Virus record (IMG/VR): IMGVR_UViG_3300042945_002173
Strand: one strand, 5' to 3'
Origin: a virus
DNA length: 64,000 nt
The notes beneath the pieces were generated by a model that ran no database searches, was not told where the DNA came from, and saw only the letters and a list, made by a program, of their open reading frames with translations. Shown here in pieces: positions 9,537 through 19,985 of the stretch; within the stretch, counting starts at the first letter, position 1, and every line of letters starts with the position of its first letter. The position numbers and the translations under genes were made by a program.

Positions 9537-11576
9537 ATGAAGTCGTTTCAGAATTTTGCATATAATATTGTAGAGGAACCTCGTAAGGCATTTGGCACAC
9601 CAAGTCGTTTTGACGCACAAGGTGAACCAATGTATACAAAAAGACCTGGACCAAATGAACCAGGTCGTAGAGCACAGGTTCAAAAATCACCTAAAACAGT
9701 TACTCAAGTAAAGGGTGAAATTGAAGCGGCAAAGAGATTTGCAGGCGCAAGATCTGGTGGATTGGATACTAGAAATGTACCATCTTTTGTAACTCAAAGA
9801 AGACAAGAAAGAGCAAGTAAATTACTTGGACCAAATCCTTGGGATATGCCAGGTGGTGCTGGTGCTGGTCAAAAAACTTTTGATCGTGGAATGAGAAAAC
9901 TTGTTCCACCAGCTGGTCCTTCAAGAGGTCATAGAGAAAGAGCATTTAGAGATTTCATTAATCAGTCATCAAAAGAACTTGGAACTTCTACTGATGAGAT
10001 CATTGCAAATATGATGAAGGGAAAATCAGCAACGCCTTTTGCAAGTCCAGTTGCTGCAACACCAGATCCTTGGAAACCATCTGAAACTGCAACAACACCA
10101 CCAAAACCAAAACCAGTAAGTCAGGCAGACGTTTCTAAGAAGCAGGCATCATATAGAGCGTCTCAGAAACCTCCATCACCACCTAAGACTGAACTTGGTG
10201 GAACTAAAAAAGCAGTATCATTCTCAACTCCAACTAGATCAAAGACTTCGGTATCACCAAGGACTTCTGTTTTAGATGTTAAGGCAACAGAAGTTCCTGG
10301 AACAAAAGTTGCAGAACCAAAAGCAAAAACATTACCAGGTTTAAAACTTGGTACAGAACCTGCTGGTCCATTAGTATCTAATCGTCCAGGAGAATCAAAA
10401 ACAATTCGACCACAAAAAGGACCTGGAAGAACTGGTGTTCTTGGAAAACCAAAAGCTGGGCAAATGGTTGGCGCTAAAATTGAACCAGTAAAAGTTGCCG
10501 ATGTTACTCCTAAAACTCCAAAGATTACTGGTCAAGGCGTTGTAAAAACAAAACCACTTTCTATACCAGCACCACCTAAACCTGTTGTGCAGGCAAAGAC
10601 TAATTTAAAACCAACACCAGTAAAGGTACAGAAATCAACAGCATTAAAAATTCCAAGTCCTGCTGCACCAAAAATTAAACCGTTATCTGCTACTAGAACT
10701 ACACAATCTCAAAAACTTGCTGATACCGTAATTAAAGCATCTAAGCAAATTAGATCTGATATTGCAGCAGAAAGAGCATCAGAAAGAGCAAAGATGATGA
10801 AAGGTCTTGGCACTGCTGGAAAAGTTCTTAGTGCTGTTCAGACTGGAATAGAAGCGAAGAAAGGTTATGATATTGCTAAGGCAATGGGTAGTAGTGAAAG
10901 AAGATCAATAGGTGCTGGTGCTGCAAGAGCGATTGGAAGTGGTCTTGGTGGTGTAGTTGGAGGAACACTTGGATCTGTTGCTGGACCAATTGGTTCTGCT
11001 GTTGGTGCAACTGCTGGAATAACCATAGGATCACAACTTGGATCAAGAGCATATGATGTAATTACTGGTGATCCTAAGAAAAAGGTAACGACTCAGGGTG
11101 TTCTCACTAATATTAGAAAGGCAGTTCCACAAGAAATCAGAGCACAAGTACCTGCAAATGTAAGAAAGGGATTTACTGATTTCGTAAAATCTGCTGGAAA
11201 AACTTATGGTGATTGGCAGAGATCACAACAAAAAGAAGAATACCAATTAGATGAATTTAATATAAAGACGATTTCTGGAAAATTTGCTAAATCTGCTGGT
11301 GCCGAGATTGGAGGTGAAGTTATTAAAAAGGCAAGTGGAAATAATCCGATTGTAAGAAAAGCAGTTGATATTGCAACTTCCGGAGTTGGTCTTGGGCGTG
11401 TTGCAGGACCTGCGGCTGTTGGGTATACATTAGGTACAGAAGTACTAGCACCTGCTGCTGTTAAATTGGCCCAACAAAGAAGGCAGGCACAGCAAGCAAG
11501 ATTAAATCAGTTAGTTCCATCAGGAAGAACCGACGTTTCTGGAAAACCTGCTCAAATCAGACCATTGAATAGATGA
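9537..11576 (+). CDS. Large Lys/Pro-rich late protein with Gly-zipper segments; candidate internal head protein
   Basis: Late promoter; N-terminal MKSFQNFAYNIVEE; GxxxG-rich hydrophobic C-terminal half. Confidence 0.6.
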   Translation: MKSFQNFAYNIVEEPRKAFGTPSRFDAQGEPMYTKRPGPNEPGRRAQVQKSPKTVTQVKGEIEAAKRFAGARSGGLDTRNVPSFVTQRRQERASKLLGPNPWDMPGGAGAGQKTFDRGMRKLVPPAGPSRGHRERAFRDFINQSSKELGTSTDEIIANMMKGKSATPFASPVAATPDPWKPSETATTPPKPKPVSQADVSKKQASYRASQKPPSPPKTELGGTKKAVSFSTPTRSKTSVSPRTSVLDVKATEVPGTKVAEPKAKTLPGLKLGTEPAGPLVSNRPGESKTIRPQKGPGRTGVLGKPKAGQMVGAKIEPVKVADVTPKTPKITGQGVVKTKPLSIPAPPKPVVQAKTNLKPTPVKVQKSTALKIPSPAAPKIKPLSATRTTQSQKLADTVIKASKQIRSDIAAERASERAKMMKGLGTAGKVLSAVQTGIEAKKGYDIAKAMGSSERRSIGAGAARAIGSGLGGVVGGTLGSVAGPIGSAVGATAGITIGSQLGSRAYDVITGDPKKKVTTQGVLTNIRKAVPQEIRAQVPANVRKGFTDFVKSAGKTYGDWQRSQQKEEYQLDEFNIKTISGKFAKSAGAEIGGEVIKKASGNNPIVRKAVDIATSGVGLGRVAGPAAVGYTLGTEVLAPAAVKLAQQRRQAQQARLNQLVPSGRTDVSGKPAQIRPLNR

Positions 11577-11591
11577 AATTTTTGTAAGTGT

Positions 11592-11804
11592 ATGCTAGGA
11601 TGGTGTGGGATACCATACCACATTTTTATTATGAAAACTTTTGTTAAGAAAACAAATTGTCTTTTGAAAAAGGAAGCAAAAGAATTTTGTTCTGATATTG
11701 TTTATATTTGTAATGGCATTATCCGTACATTTAAAAAACTATTATTAGAACGTTATTTTATTCTCGGAATTCTAATTGGACTTATTTTGCGGTTTGTTTT
11801 TTAG
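11592..11804 (+). CDS. Small hypothetical membrane protein
   Basis: C-terminal hydrophobic helix; start uncertain. Confidence 0.4.
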   Translation: MLGWCGIPYHIFIMKTFVKKTNCLLKKEAKEFCSDIVYICNGIIRTFKKLLLERYFILGILIGLILRFVF

Positions 11805-11849
11805 TTCTTCTTTTTTTATAAATATTTTTAAGAAAAAATTTTTAAAAAA

Positions 11850-12395
11850 ATGGGTAACTTATCGTCAAAACAAGTGCTGGATATTCAATCTTTGTATGAA
11901 GGAATTTACCAAGATGGACAGGAAAGCATTGAAAATATATCAGAAGAAGATTTTTGTGATATCTTAGCAATTGAAATTTGCAATGCCCTCATTGAAGAAG
12001 GTTTGCTAGAAGGTGAAGTTATATCTGAAACTACTATTAAAGAAGGAAAACTAACGTCTGCTGTTAAAAGTGCTTGGGGCGTAATTAAACCAGTTATCAA
12101 ACAAGTAACAGGTATTGGTACAAAACCAACAACGCGAGTAGGAAGAGTAATAAGAACAGGTCAAACTCTAGCTACCGGTGCTGCGGTTGTTCAACCAGAA
12201 AGAACTTTGAATATTGCTACTGGAACAGTTGGTGGAGCAGTTAAGGGTGCTTATCAAGGCGCAACTAAACCAACTGGTGGTGGTCCAATAGATGCCGCAG
12301 GAAGAGCAATTAAGGCTGCTCAAGGTCAAGCAGTTCCTGCTGCGGATGACAGGAGAAGAAATTCAAACGGAACTACAACTTGGAGCACTCCCTGA
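11850..12395 (+). CDS. Hypothetical late protein
   Basis: TATAAATA at 11817; acidic N-half and Gly/Thr-rich C-half. Confidence 0.65.
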   Translation: MGNLSSKQVLDIQSLYEGIYQDGQESIENISEEDFCDILAIEICNALIEEGLLEGEVISETTIKEGKLTSAVKSAWGVIKPVIKQVTGIGTKPTTRVGRVIRTGQTLATGAAVVQPERTLNIATGTVGGAVKGAYQGATKPTGGGPIDAAGRAIKAAQGQAVPAADDRRRNSNGTTTWSTP

Positions 12396-14107
12396 TGAAA
12401 TCCGAAAACGTAAACGAAGCAACTTATACTGGAAAGGTAGTTGTATCCCGCAAAGGTGGAAAACTTGGAGCGGTTCTTATTGATCCAAAAACTGGTAAAC
12501 CTATTCCAGGATCTTGGAGACCAGAAAAGGAAGTTCCTGGCGGAATACCACAAGCAAACAAATCTGCCTTCTTTAAAAAGGAGGCAGAGAAAATAAGATC
12601 TGCCGAAAAAGATAGATTATCAAAAATTGATGGGGGGTCTAAACCCCCAGCAGCACCACCCCCAAGACCCTCTAGCACACCACCAGCAGCACCTGCACCT
12701 GCCCCTGCTAGACCCTCTGGACCCTCTGGAACAACCCCTGCACCCGCTCCTACGGCACCTAAACCATCACCAGTAGCGGCGTATATGAAGGCTGCTGCTG
12801 ATGCTAGAAAGAGCGGAGACCCCGCTGAGATGGCGAAGGTAAGGGATATGGGTATGGAGATTTGGAGAAAATCAAATCCAAAACTTGCGGCCGCCGCTGC
12901 TGAGAGAGAAAGAATTCGTGGAACCGCTCAGACTGATAATCCTCTTATGAAAGATATGAGAGGTGGTCTTTCTCTCACTCCTAGTGTTCAGGCACCAGCA
13001 GTTAAGAATCTTGGATCTGGGCAACAATCACTTTCTCAGAACCCTAATGCAGCAATTGCTGCAACTCCAAAACCACAAGTTCCACCAGTTACTGCAAGTA
13101 AAGATGCTACAATGAATAAGACTGCCGAAACTCTTTCAAAAAATCCACTTCCAAAGAAAACTCAAAAAGAAGCATATGATATTGTTCTAGATTATCTTCT
13201 TTCTGAGGGTCACGCTGATACTCTTTCAGAAGCACATTATGTAATGATGCAAATGGATGCCGAACACATTCAGAATATTGTTATTCAAGAGCGTGCTTGG
13301 TGGGATCCAGCTGGTCTTTTTATGACTAAGAATGAAAAAGCAGTAGAAAAAGCAAAATCAACTGCAACTGGTGCTGGTGGATCATATAACCCTAACACTG
13401 GTAGAACTTATAATCCAACAGCAAAAGATCAAACAAGAGCAACTGGTGTGATTGCACCAAGAGGTGGTATTGTTGGAACTATGGAACCAGGCAAACCAGA
13501 AACTTGGCAGAGATATGCACCAGGTTCTGATGCTTTTAGAAGACAGAACATTGACAGATATGTAACTGTTCGTGGTCGTGAGCAGCTGCAAATTGATGAT
13601 CTTGCAAATCGTGCAATGAAAGATAAGGCAAAAAGAGATGCTGCTGCCGATGCTGCATTTGATAGAAAGTATGGTGTAAATCAACCATCTGGTGATGAAT
13701 TTGCAGGCGCTCGTAAAAATACAAAAACCTTTACACAACCTAGTGCTTCTCCTGCTACCCCAAGACCTAGCACAAGACCTAGCACAAGACCTGCCGCAAA
13801 ACCAATTGCTACTGCACCAAAACCAAAACCTCAACCACCAACCATTCAGTCTAAGAATGTAACTTCTACTGGAACTTCTTATGAAAGAAGAACTCCAACC
13901 TCAGCAGAACTTGCCGCCGCTAAGGCAGCAGGTGGTGGTGAGGCAGGTGTAAAGGCCGCGGTTGATGTTGCCAAATCAAATAAAGTTGCTGCAAAGTCAC
14001 CAACTCCGGATCTTAAACCAGAGGCACCTAAAAAGAGAGAAAGTCTTGCTGCTCAGGTGAAAGAACTTCAAACAATGCGAAAAGAAGCAGAAGAAAGAAA
14101 CAAGTGA
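12395..14107 (+). CDS. Large Pro/Ala/Lys-rich hypothetical protein
   Basis: TGATG coupling gives start MKSENVNE; internal EAYDIVLDYLLSEGHADTLSEA module. Confidence 0.7.
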   Translation: MKSENVNEATYTGKVVVSRKGGKLGAVLIDPKTGKPIPGSWRPEKEVPGGIPQANKSAFFKKEAEKIRSAEKDRLSKIDGGSKPPAAPPPRPSSTPPAAPAPAPARPSGPSGTTPAPAPTAPKPSPVAAYMKAAADARKSGDPAEMAKVRDMGMEIWRKSNPKLAAAAAERERIRGTAQTDNPLMKDMRGGLSLTPSVQAPAVKNLGSGQQSLSQNPNAAIAATPKPQVPPVTASKDATMNKTAETLSKNPLPKKTQKEAYDIVLDYLLSEGHADTLSEAHYVMMQMDAEHIQNIVIQERAWWDPAGLFMTKNEKAVEKAKSTATGAGGSYNPNTGRTYNPTAKDQTRATGVIAPRGGIVGTMEPGKPETWQRYAPGSDAFRRQNIDRYVTVRGREQLQIDDLANRAMKDKAKRDAAADAAFDRKYGVNQPSGDEFAGARKNTKTFTQPSASPATPRPSTRPSTRPAAKPIATAPKPKPQPPTIQSKNVTSTGTSYERRTPTSAELAAAKAAGGGEAGVKAAVDVAKSNKVAAKSPTPDLKPEAPKKRESLAAQVKELQTMRKEAEERNK

Positions 14108-14110
14108 TTC

Positions 14111-14135
14111 AAAGAGGGTTTCGACCCTCTTTTTT
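14111..14135. terminator. Bidirectional terminator between convergent genes
   Basis: AAAGAGGGT-TTCG-ACCCTCTTTTTT. Confidence 0.85.
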
Positions 14136-14136
14136 A

Positions 14137-14481
14137 TTACCTAGTAACTGATTTCTTAACTAATGCAGTACCTTCTACAACTCTTGTTGTAGTTCCAGTT
14201 GGACTGTTTAGTAGTAGATCGTAAAAATATTTTCCTGGTTTAATAGCAGCACTCTCTGCAGAACTTAAAGAAAGAGTTACTCTTCCAGTTGTTCTGTCAT
14301 TTGAAAAAGTTACAGTAAAATCCCCTGCTTTTGAGGAGGATTCATATCTTTTTAGTTGGGAGCAACCACTATACCCAGTTAGATTCATTACTGAATTTGT
14401 TTTATCATCCTCCAAAACAAAAGTCTGATCAAAATCAGTTCCGGTATAGATGACTAAATTTGCAGTATAAGTTATTGCCAT
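14137..14481 (-). CDS. Putative virion adaptor protein (BppU N-terminal-like domain only)
   Basis: NLVIYTGTDFDQTF...NLTGYS...KPGKYFYDLL...VVEG. Confidence 0.65.
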   Translation of the reverse strand: MAITYTANLVIYTGTDFDQTFVLEDDKTNSVMNLTGYSGCSQLKRYESSSKAGDFTVTFSNDRTTGRVTLSLSSAESAAIKPGKYFYDLLLNSPTGTTTRVVEGTALVKKSVTR

Positions 14482-14501
14482 CGTTTTTTAAATATTTATT
14501 T

Positions 14502-16250
14502 CTAACTTAGATCTGTTAGGAACGGTGTGATCCAGTCTTCATTTTCATTTTCTACTGCAATAATTGTTATATTTTTTGCTGCAAGTTTTGATACTAAAAG
14601 ATTGTACGATGCCTGGATAGTTGCTGTTGTCATGCTACCAGAATTATCAATAAACAATGCAATCTTAGATCCTTCTGGAAGATTATCTATTCCACATATA
14701 GTATACCAATCAGATGCAAGAGCAGTATTTCCACCATCTCTATTGACTTGAACTGGACCAAATGTAAGACCATTTGCATTTTGCCCAATATTAAGAGAGG
14801 TATCGTTAATATAAACTGTTTCGGAAGTTGCTATAACAGTTCCAGTTGTTGAAGATCTTCTAATTTCAATCTGGAATGACTCTAAGCTTTCTGTAGATCT
14901 ATCTCCTGCAAGTGTTCTTGTAATAGTTCCCGTATTACTATTAACTGTAAATGATCCACTTATTGTAGCATCGGTAAAATCTGATGCTGATAGTGTTCCA
15001 CTAATTGGAAGTATTGTCCAATACAGTATTGTGGAATTTGGAACACCGCTTGTTGTAACTGTAAATGTTACTGTTGATCCTTCATTAACAGAAGTTGTTG
15101 ATGGTACAACACTGTAAGTTGGAACAACATCAATGACATTAATAGATTGACTAGTTGCTACAACTGGTCCAGAGGTTGATCCAGTTCTTACAACAAATGT
15201 AAAAGATTCTGTATCTTCTGTATTAATATCATTTGATATAGTTCTTGTGACTGTTGCAATTCCAGTTGTTGCACCGGTGCCTACGATACTAAAAGAACCA
15301 GTAAGTGAATTATTGGAAAAGTCTGCGGCTTCCATACTGCCGCCAGTGCTGTAGTAAAGTGTAGTTCCATCCCCAACGTTGACTGTATTGACAGTAAAAT
15401 TGACCGAACCACCTTCATTAACAGTTGTCGTTGAAGCAGTGAGAGTGTATGTAGGTTGTCCTAGATTAGTGATGAATATTGTACTTGATGTTCCTACAAC
15501 ACTACCACCACTTCCAGAAGATCCTGTTAAAATATTAACTTCAAATGCTTCAATTCCTTCATTATACGATGAATCACTTGCTATTGTTTTTGTGAAATTT
15601 GCATATCCAACTCCACCAGATACACTTTGAACCGCAAAGGAACCCGTTAAACTGTTATCAAGGAAATCTGTACTAGATGCAGATCCAACAATGGAATAGA
15701 ATAAGGTAGTTCCTGCCCCAACATTTGTCGTTGTAACTGCGAAAGATACCGTATTTCCTTCATACACATTTGTCGATGAAGGAGTTATTGTATATGTTGG
15801 TGGATCTCCTGGTAAAAATAATCCACCACCAAGACCAAGAACTGTTAAAGATGCATCGGTCCCAAGTCCAATGGTGGAATTTAATCCATATACTTTATTT
15901 CCATATTGAATACCTTGCCCATCACCGACAAAGGTAAGTTTGTAACCTCTATAAGATTTTCCTATACCCTCTCCATCAGTCCCAACTCCAATAATAATTG
16001 AATCATCTGGAAGTGCAGGCACATAAAAAAGTTGTTTTTCTTTTAAAACAGTTGATAGACCAACTCTTTCACCATCATCAAATAAAATAACTCTTGTTAC
16101 CTGAGATGTATCAACTCCAGAATTGATTGTTAAAATAGCATCTTGAATATCACCTAGAATACAAGTCTGTATTCCACTAGTGAATTTTTGTTTATTCGCT
16201 CTTAAATACGTTTTAAAAGATAATCTATTACTACTAGTTGGATTTGGCAT
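14502..16250 (-). CDS. Putative virion protein with three Calx-beta/Ig-like repeats and a short vWA-like C-terminus
   Basis: Three copies of PTY.....T.V.EG.(S/T)V.F.V.T; IALFIDNSGSM. Confidence 0.65.
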   Translation of the reverse strand: MPNPTSSNRLSFKTYLRANKQKFTSGIQTCILGDIQDAILTINSGVDTSQVTRVILFDDGERVGLSTVLKEKQLFYVPALPDDSIIIGVGTDGEGIGKSYRGYKLTFVGDGQGIQYGNKVYGLNSTIGLGTDASLTVLGLGGGLFLPGDPPTYTITPSSTNVYEGNTVSFAVTTTNVGAGTTLFYSIVGSASSTDFLDNSLTGSFAVQSVSGGVGYANFTKTIASDSSYNEGIEAFEVNILTGSSGSGGSVVGTSSTIFITNLGQPTYTLTASTTTVNEGGSVNFTVNTVNVGDGTTLYYSTGGSMEAADFSNNSLTGSFSIVGTGATTGIATVTRTISNDINTEDTESFTFVVRTGSTSGPVVATSQSINVIDVVPTYSVVPSTTSVNEGSTVTFTVTTSGVPNSTILYWTILPISGTLSASDFTDATISGSFTVNSNTGTITRTLAGDRSTESLESFQIEIRRSSTTGTVIATSETVYINDTSLNIGQNANGLTFGPVQVNRDGGNTALASDWYTICGIDNLPEGSKIALFIDNSGSMTTATIQASYNLLVSKLAAKNITIIAVENENEDWITPFLTDLS

Positions 16251-17719
16251 TATATTATTGCTCCTAACGCTGCTACGGCAAGTACTGTTCCGAGAAGAAG
16301 AGTATAATCTTCTGGTGCTGGTAAGTCTGGATCATACTTTTCTGGAGCACCAGTAGTATACGAAGCAGTAGCTACTTCAATAGGTAAAATTGGGTGCCCA
16401 GGTAGATGACCATATCTTAAATTATGTTTAGTCTTAACTGCTTGATTCCACCAATCATTTTTGAATAATTCATTATTAGCAGTATACTGAGAATTTCCAA
16501 TATCTGCACCAGACCAAGCTTGCCTTATAAATCCAACTTGTGCAGAATAATTAGAACCAACATTACAAACTGTACCTAGAATCACTACTCTTCCAGATAT
16601 AGGACCAAATTTTGCAAATGGACCAAGAGAGTAAGTTGCTTCTACTATTCTTTGTGAAAAACTTGTAAAAGGTCTTGGATAATTTCCTCCACCACCGTAA
16701 GTCCAGTTTGATCCAACATTTCCTGAAACTGAACCATAATTTGGTAGGAAGAAAGTTGGACCAGTTCCAACTTCAATAGAATTACATATAAAATCGGGCA
16801 TATTTAGCAAGGCTTCAAATGGTATAAGACCTCTCTTCACAGCATTCCAGAATAATTCTGGATTTGAATCATAAAGTTCCTGAGGGGTAAATCTTTTTCT
16901 GATTGCCATTGGTTCTATGGAACCAAGTTGATTATCAGTATATGGATTTCCATTTTCATCTCTCCAAAGACTCCAATCAAATCCTTGAGTTGGATCCGCA
17001 TTTGGTCTCAATCCATTAAAAAATACATTTGCAATAATTCCTATAATACCATCTGCGGTGCTTCTTATGACTGCTTGACCTCCAAATATAACACCGCCAA
17101 GTACAACACCAACCATTCCACCAATAACATATGGAATAGTTTGTAAGATCGCTCCCACATCACCAGAAGAAGCTCTCGCCTTCAAACTTTCGGGAGGAGA
17201 AACACCAAAGTCATTGAGTCCAGTAAAAACATAAGTGTCATTAATATTTAAATTTCCATTAGCATCCCAACTAAATGCTTCAGGTCCAAGACCAAGATTA
17301 AAGAAAAAGTTTTGAACTCCTACTAATTCTCTTGGCCCAGTAGCACGATTTTGATATGAGTTATATAAACTTTGTGGATCTGGATCAGATCCCAATGATT
17401 GTGCAAATATTGTATTAGTAGATTCACTCATAACTGGACTTACAGGATTATTCACAGATCCATATCCATCTACACCTTGATATGATATTTGTTGATGATA
17501 ATATTGTGCAAGTCCCAATACTGCTGTTACTATACCCTCTGCTTGATTTGATAGTGTAATTTGAACTGTCGGATCTACCACACCTGGTTCAAATACATAT
17601 TTTCTAATTTCATCACCAATACTTTGTATTTCTCCTTCTGTCAAAATTAGATTTGAATATGTGTGTGTTTCTGTATCATCTGGTAATATACCACCATTTG
17701 GAAAACCTGTTTGTGACAT
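16250..17719 (-). CDS. Hypothetical protein (489 aa) with hydrophobic segments
   Basis: Long ORF coupled to neighbours. Confidence 0.65.
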   Translation of the reverse strand: MSQTGFPNGGILPDDTETHTYSNLILTEGEIQSIGDEIRKYVFEPGVVDPTVQITLSNQAEGIVTAVLGLAQYYHQQISYQGVDGYGSVNNPVSPVMSESTNTIFAQSLGSDPDPQSLYNSYQNRATGPRELVGVQNFFFNLGLGPEAFSWDANGNLNINDTYVFTGLNDFGVSPPESLKARASSGDVGAILQTIPYVIGGMVGVVLGGVIFGGQAVIRSTADGIIGIIANVFFNGLRPNADPTQGFDWSLWRDENGNPYTDNQLGSIEPMAIRKRFTPQELYDSNPELFWNAVKRGLIPFEALLNMPDFICNSIEVGTGPTFFLPNYGSVSGNVGSNWTYGGGGNYPRPFTSFSQRIVEATYSLGPFAKFGPISGRVVILGTVCNVGSNYSAQVGFIRQAWSGADIGNSQYTANNELFKNDWWNQAVKTKHNLRYGHLPGHPILPIEVATASYTTGAPEKYDPDLPAPEDYTLLLGTVLAVAALGAII

Positions 17720-17720
17720 C

Positions 17721-18311
17721 TTAGATTAGTGGTGAGACGTTTACAGTTGTTTCATTCAAGAAATTATCAGGACAGGCGAGAAGAATGTAATTATCATTAT
17801 TTACACTATTTCCAAATCCAACTGTTGTTGGTTGTAAAAGATAAAAAGTCCTGTTGGGGTATGAAGATCTAAACTGTCCCCATAAAGTCCCCATTCCAGA
17901 CGCAGAAGTATTGCTATTTTCGTCGATCACTGCAATACAAAGTCTTTGAGCACTTGTTGGTGTTGAGAATGAGCAACCAGTTGAAATACCAGCACGTGCA
18001 TTGATTGTTCCTTCAACAATAATTCCTTTATCACCATTTGGTTTTGTCATCAAAATATCATAAACATATCTCCCAGGTTTAAGACGTGCTGTTGTCCAAC
18101 TCGGAATAGATATTTTTATTTTTCCATTTTTACGGTCAGTAAAACCAACAGTAAAACTTACAGCAGTTCCACTGTCTCTATGCTTTCTGAGACTCGATGC
18201 TGCACTGTATCCAGTAAGATCAATAACCTTTCCACCACTTTGATACAGATCATAAGTCTGCACAAAATCTGTTCCGATATTAATGGTAAGGTTATTTACA
18301 TATACGGACAT
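17721..18311 (-). CDS. Putative virion adaptor protein (BppU-like N-domain plus C-terminal module)
   Basis: NNLTINIGTDFVQTY...KPGRYVYDIL...IVEG. Confidence 0.65.
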   Translation of the reverse strand: MSVYVNNLTINIGTDFVQTYDLYQSGGKVIDLTGYSAASSLRKHRDSGTAVSFTVGFTDRKNGKIKISIPSWTTARLKPGRYVYDILMTKPNGDKGIIVEGTINARAGISTGCSFSTPTSAQRLCIAVIDENSNTSASGMGTLWGQFRSSYPNRTFYLLQPTTVGFGNSVNNDNYILLACPDNFLNETTVNVSPLI

Positions 18312-18328
18312 CGTTTTTTAAGTATTTA

Positions 18329-19273
18329 TTATGTATATGAATAATATCCAGATACAACTAAATCTCTAAGTCCTATATACAAATCATCTGACGGAGATTC
18401 CCAACTTCCATCAACATCCGATTGAACAAATATTACACCATTTCCTATTTTCTCATAAGCAGCAGTATATCCACTACCAAATTTATAAAGACCATAAGCA
18501 CCATTTAATTCAACATAGTTTGAAGCACCACTGGTCATTTCCGGCATTAATGTACTTGAAGTTGCTTTTATGAGAGTTGTGGCACTATAAGCTTCATTTG
18601 AACCAGGATTTGTTAATCTCATAACAGTTCCTAATAGTTCAAGAACTTGATTTGACTGGGTTTGATTTCCGCAGGATGTATGTTCTCCCCTAAACCAAAC
18701 AACACCCCCATTTATAAGGTATTGATGAATAGCATCAATATTTTGCTGAACAGTTGCTACAGTATTTGGTATACTTCCACAAGCGGAATGATATCCAAAG
18801 ATAACAACTCCATAATTTCCTATTGTATTAATTGTAGCATCTTCAAGTACATTATTTCTTCTTCCCTGATCTCCACCACTGCCAGGTGCATTAGTTATTG
18901 CCCCCCATTTTTTATCATAAACAGTTTTTATGCAACCAGTAGAAATATCCTCCGTTGCTAATACATTACCCTCTATAACTATATTCTTCTTATTTTCAGT
19001 ATCTGTGAATAAAACATCATAAACATATCTTCCTGGTTTAATCTCTGCCGTTACCGTTGACGCTAACGATACTCTTATTCTTCCGTTTGCTCTATCAATG
19101 AATCCAACATTAAACTTTGCGGTTGGAGTCAAACTTTCTGGGTGCTTGCGGATATAAGAAGACGCTGCATATCCAACAAGATTCAAAGGAGTTCCATCAA
19201 CATTATCCAAATAGAAGTCCCTTGAAAAATACTCCCCCGTATTGATAGTAATATTATTGACGTATACCGCCAT
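18329..19273 (-). CDS. Putative virion adaptor protein (BppU-like N-domain plus larger C-domain)
   Basis: Likely start MAVYVNNITINTG; KPGRYVYDVL; ATAAATA upstream. Confidence 0.65.
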   Translation of the reverse strand: MAVYVNNITINTGEYFSRDFYLDNVDGTPLNLVGYAASSYIRKHPESLTPTAKFNVGFIDRANGRIRVSLASTVTAEIKPGRYVYDVLFTDTENKKNIVIEGNVLATEDISTGCIKTVYDKKWGAITNAPGSGGDQGRRNNVLEDATINTIGNYGVVIFGYHSACGSIPNTVATVQQNIDAIHQYLINGGVVWFRGEHTSCGNQTQSNQVLELLGTVMRLTNPGSNEAYSATTLIKATSSTLMPEMTSGASNYVELNGAYGLYKFGSGYTAAYEKIGNGVIFVQSDVDGSWESPSDDLYIGLRDLVVSGYYSYT

Positions 19274-19305
19274 ATTATAACTCTTTATTGAATATTTATC
19301 AACCC

Positions 19306-19334
19306 CTTGACAAACACTCAAAACATAAGTAGAA
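19306..19334 (+). promoter_or_regulatory. Sigma70-like early promoter
   Basis: TTGACA-N17-TAGAAT. Confidence 0.65.
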
Positions 19335-19384
19335 TCGCTTTGTTCCCGTTGAAGATAAATAATAGCTCATAAAGATCTTATAGT

Positions 19385-19834
19385 ATGAGTTATGAAAACC
19401 CTTGGAGATTCAATGGGGAAATTTTTGAGTCTTCTGATATTCAAGATAATTTTGGTTTTGTATATCTTATATCTTGTAATAAGAATAATCGTAAATATTG
19501 GGGTAGGAAGTATTTTTGGTCTTACCGCACACCAAAAGGTAAATCTAGAAGAGTTAAACAAGAATCTGATTGGAAGAAGTACTACGGATCTTGTCCAGAA
19601 CTCAAAGAAGATATAAAAAAGTATGGTAAAGAGTTTTTCAATAGAGAAATTATAAGTCTTCATAAGACAAAGGGTGATTGTAATTATGAAGAAACAAAAC
19701 AACTTTTTCTAAATAATGTGTTGAAAGAATCTCTTGACGACGGATCGCCTGCGTACTACAATAGCAATATTCTAGGCCGCTATATGCGAAAAGATTATGG
19801 TAACTTTGGAACAGACTCTTCGAGAGACGCATGA
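19385..19834 (+). CDS. GIY-YIG-fold nuclease conserved in T4-like phages
   Basis: GFVYLI...KYWGRK; ESDWKKYYGS; YYNSNI. Confidence 0.75.
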   Translation: MSYENPWRFNGEIFESSDIQDNFGFVYLISCNKNNRKYWGRKYFWSYRTPKGKSRRVKQESDWKKYYGSCPELKEDIKKYGKEFFNREIISLHKTKGDCNYEETKQLFLNNVLKESLDDGSPAYYNSNILGRYMRKDYGNFGTDSSRDA

Positions 19835-19985
19835 TTGGGCAGTTGACCGTATTCATACTCTCTGTGAGAAAAATATTGAAGATGCCCGTGCGATCCAAAC
19901 CGAATTTTGTGAGTGGTTGGATCCTGAAATTGTAGAGCATGATATTTTCTCATTAGAATACATAGGAGAGGAAGATGACACTTGA
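19797..19985 (+). CDS. Hypothetical protein
   Basis: Overlapping, coupled ORF. Confidence 0.55.
   Translation: MVTLEQTLRETHDWAVDRIHTLCEKNIEDARAIQTEFCEWLDPEIVEHDIFSLEYIGEEDDT

Noticed and set aside
12340-12400. Possible frameshift joining ORFs 11850 and 12380
   Set aside because: No canonical slippery heptamer; a TGATG stop-start overlap at 12393-12397 explains two coupled genes
13758-13793. 12-bp tandem repeat (CAAGACCTAGCA)
   Set aside because: In-frame RPST expansion in a disordered linker; no evidence of a regulatory role
19385-19834. Fourth homing endonuclease
   Set aside because: Lacks appended DNA-binding modules and resembles a conserved T4-like cyanophage gene; mobility is not supported
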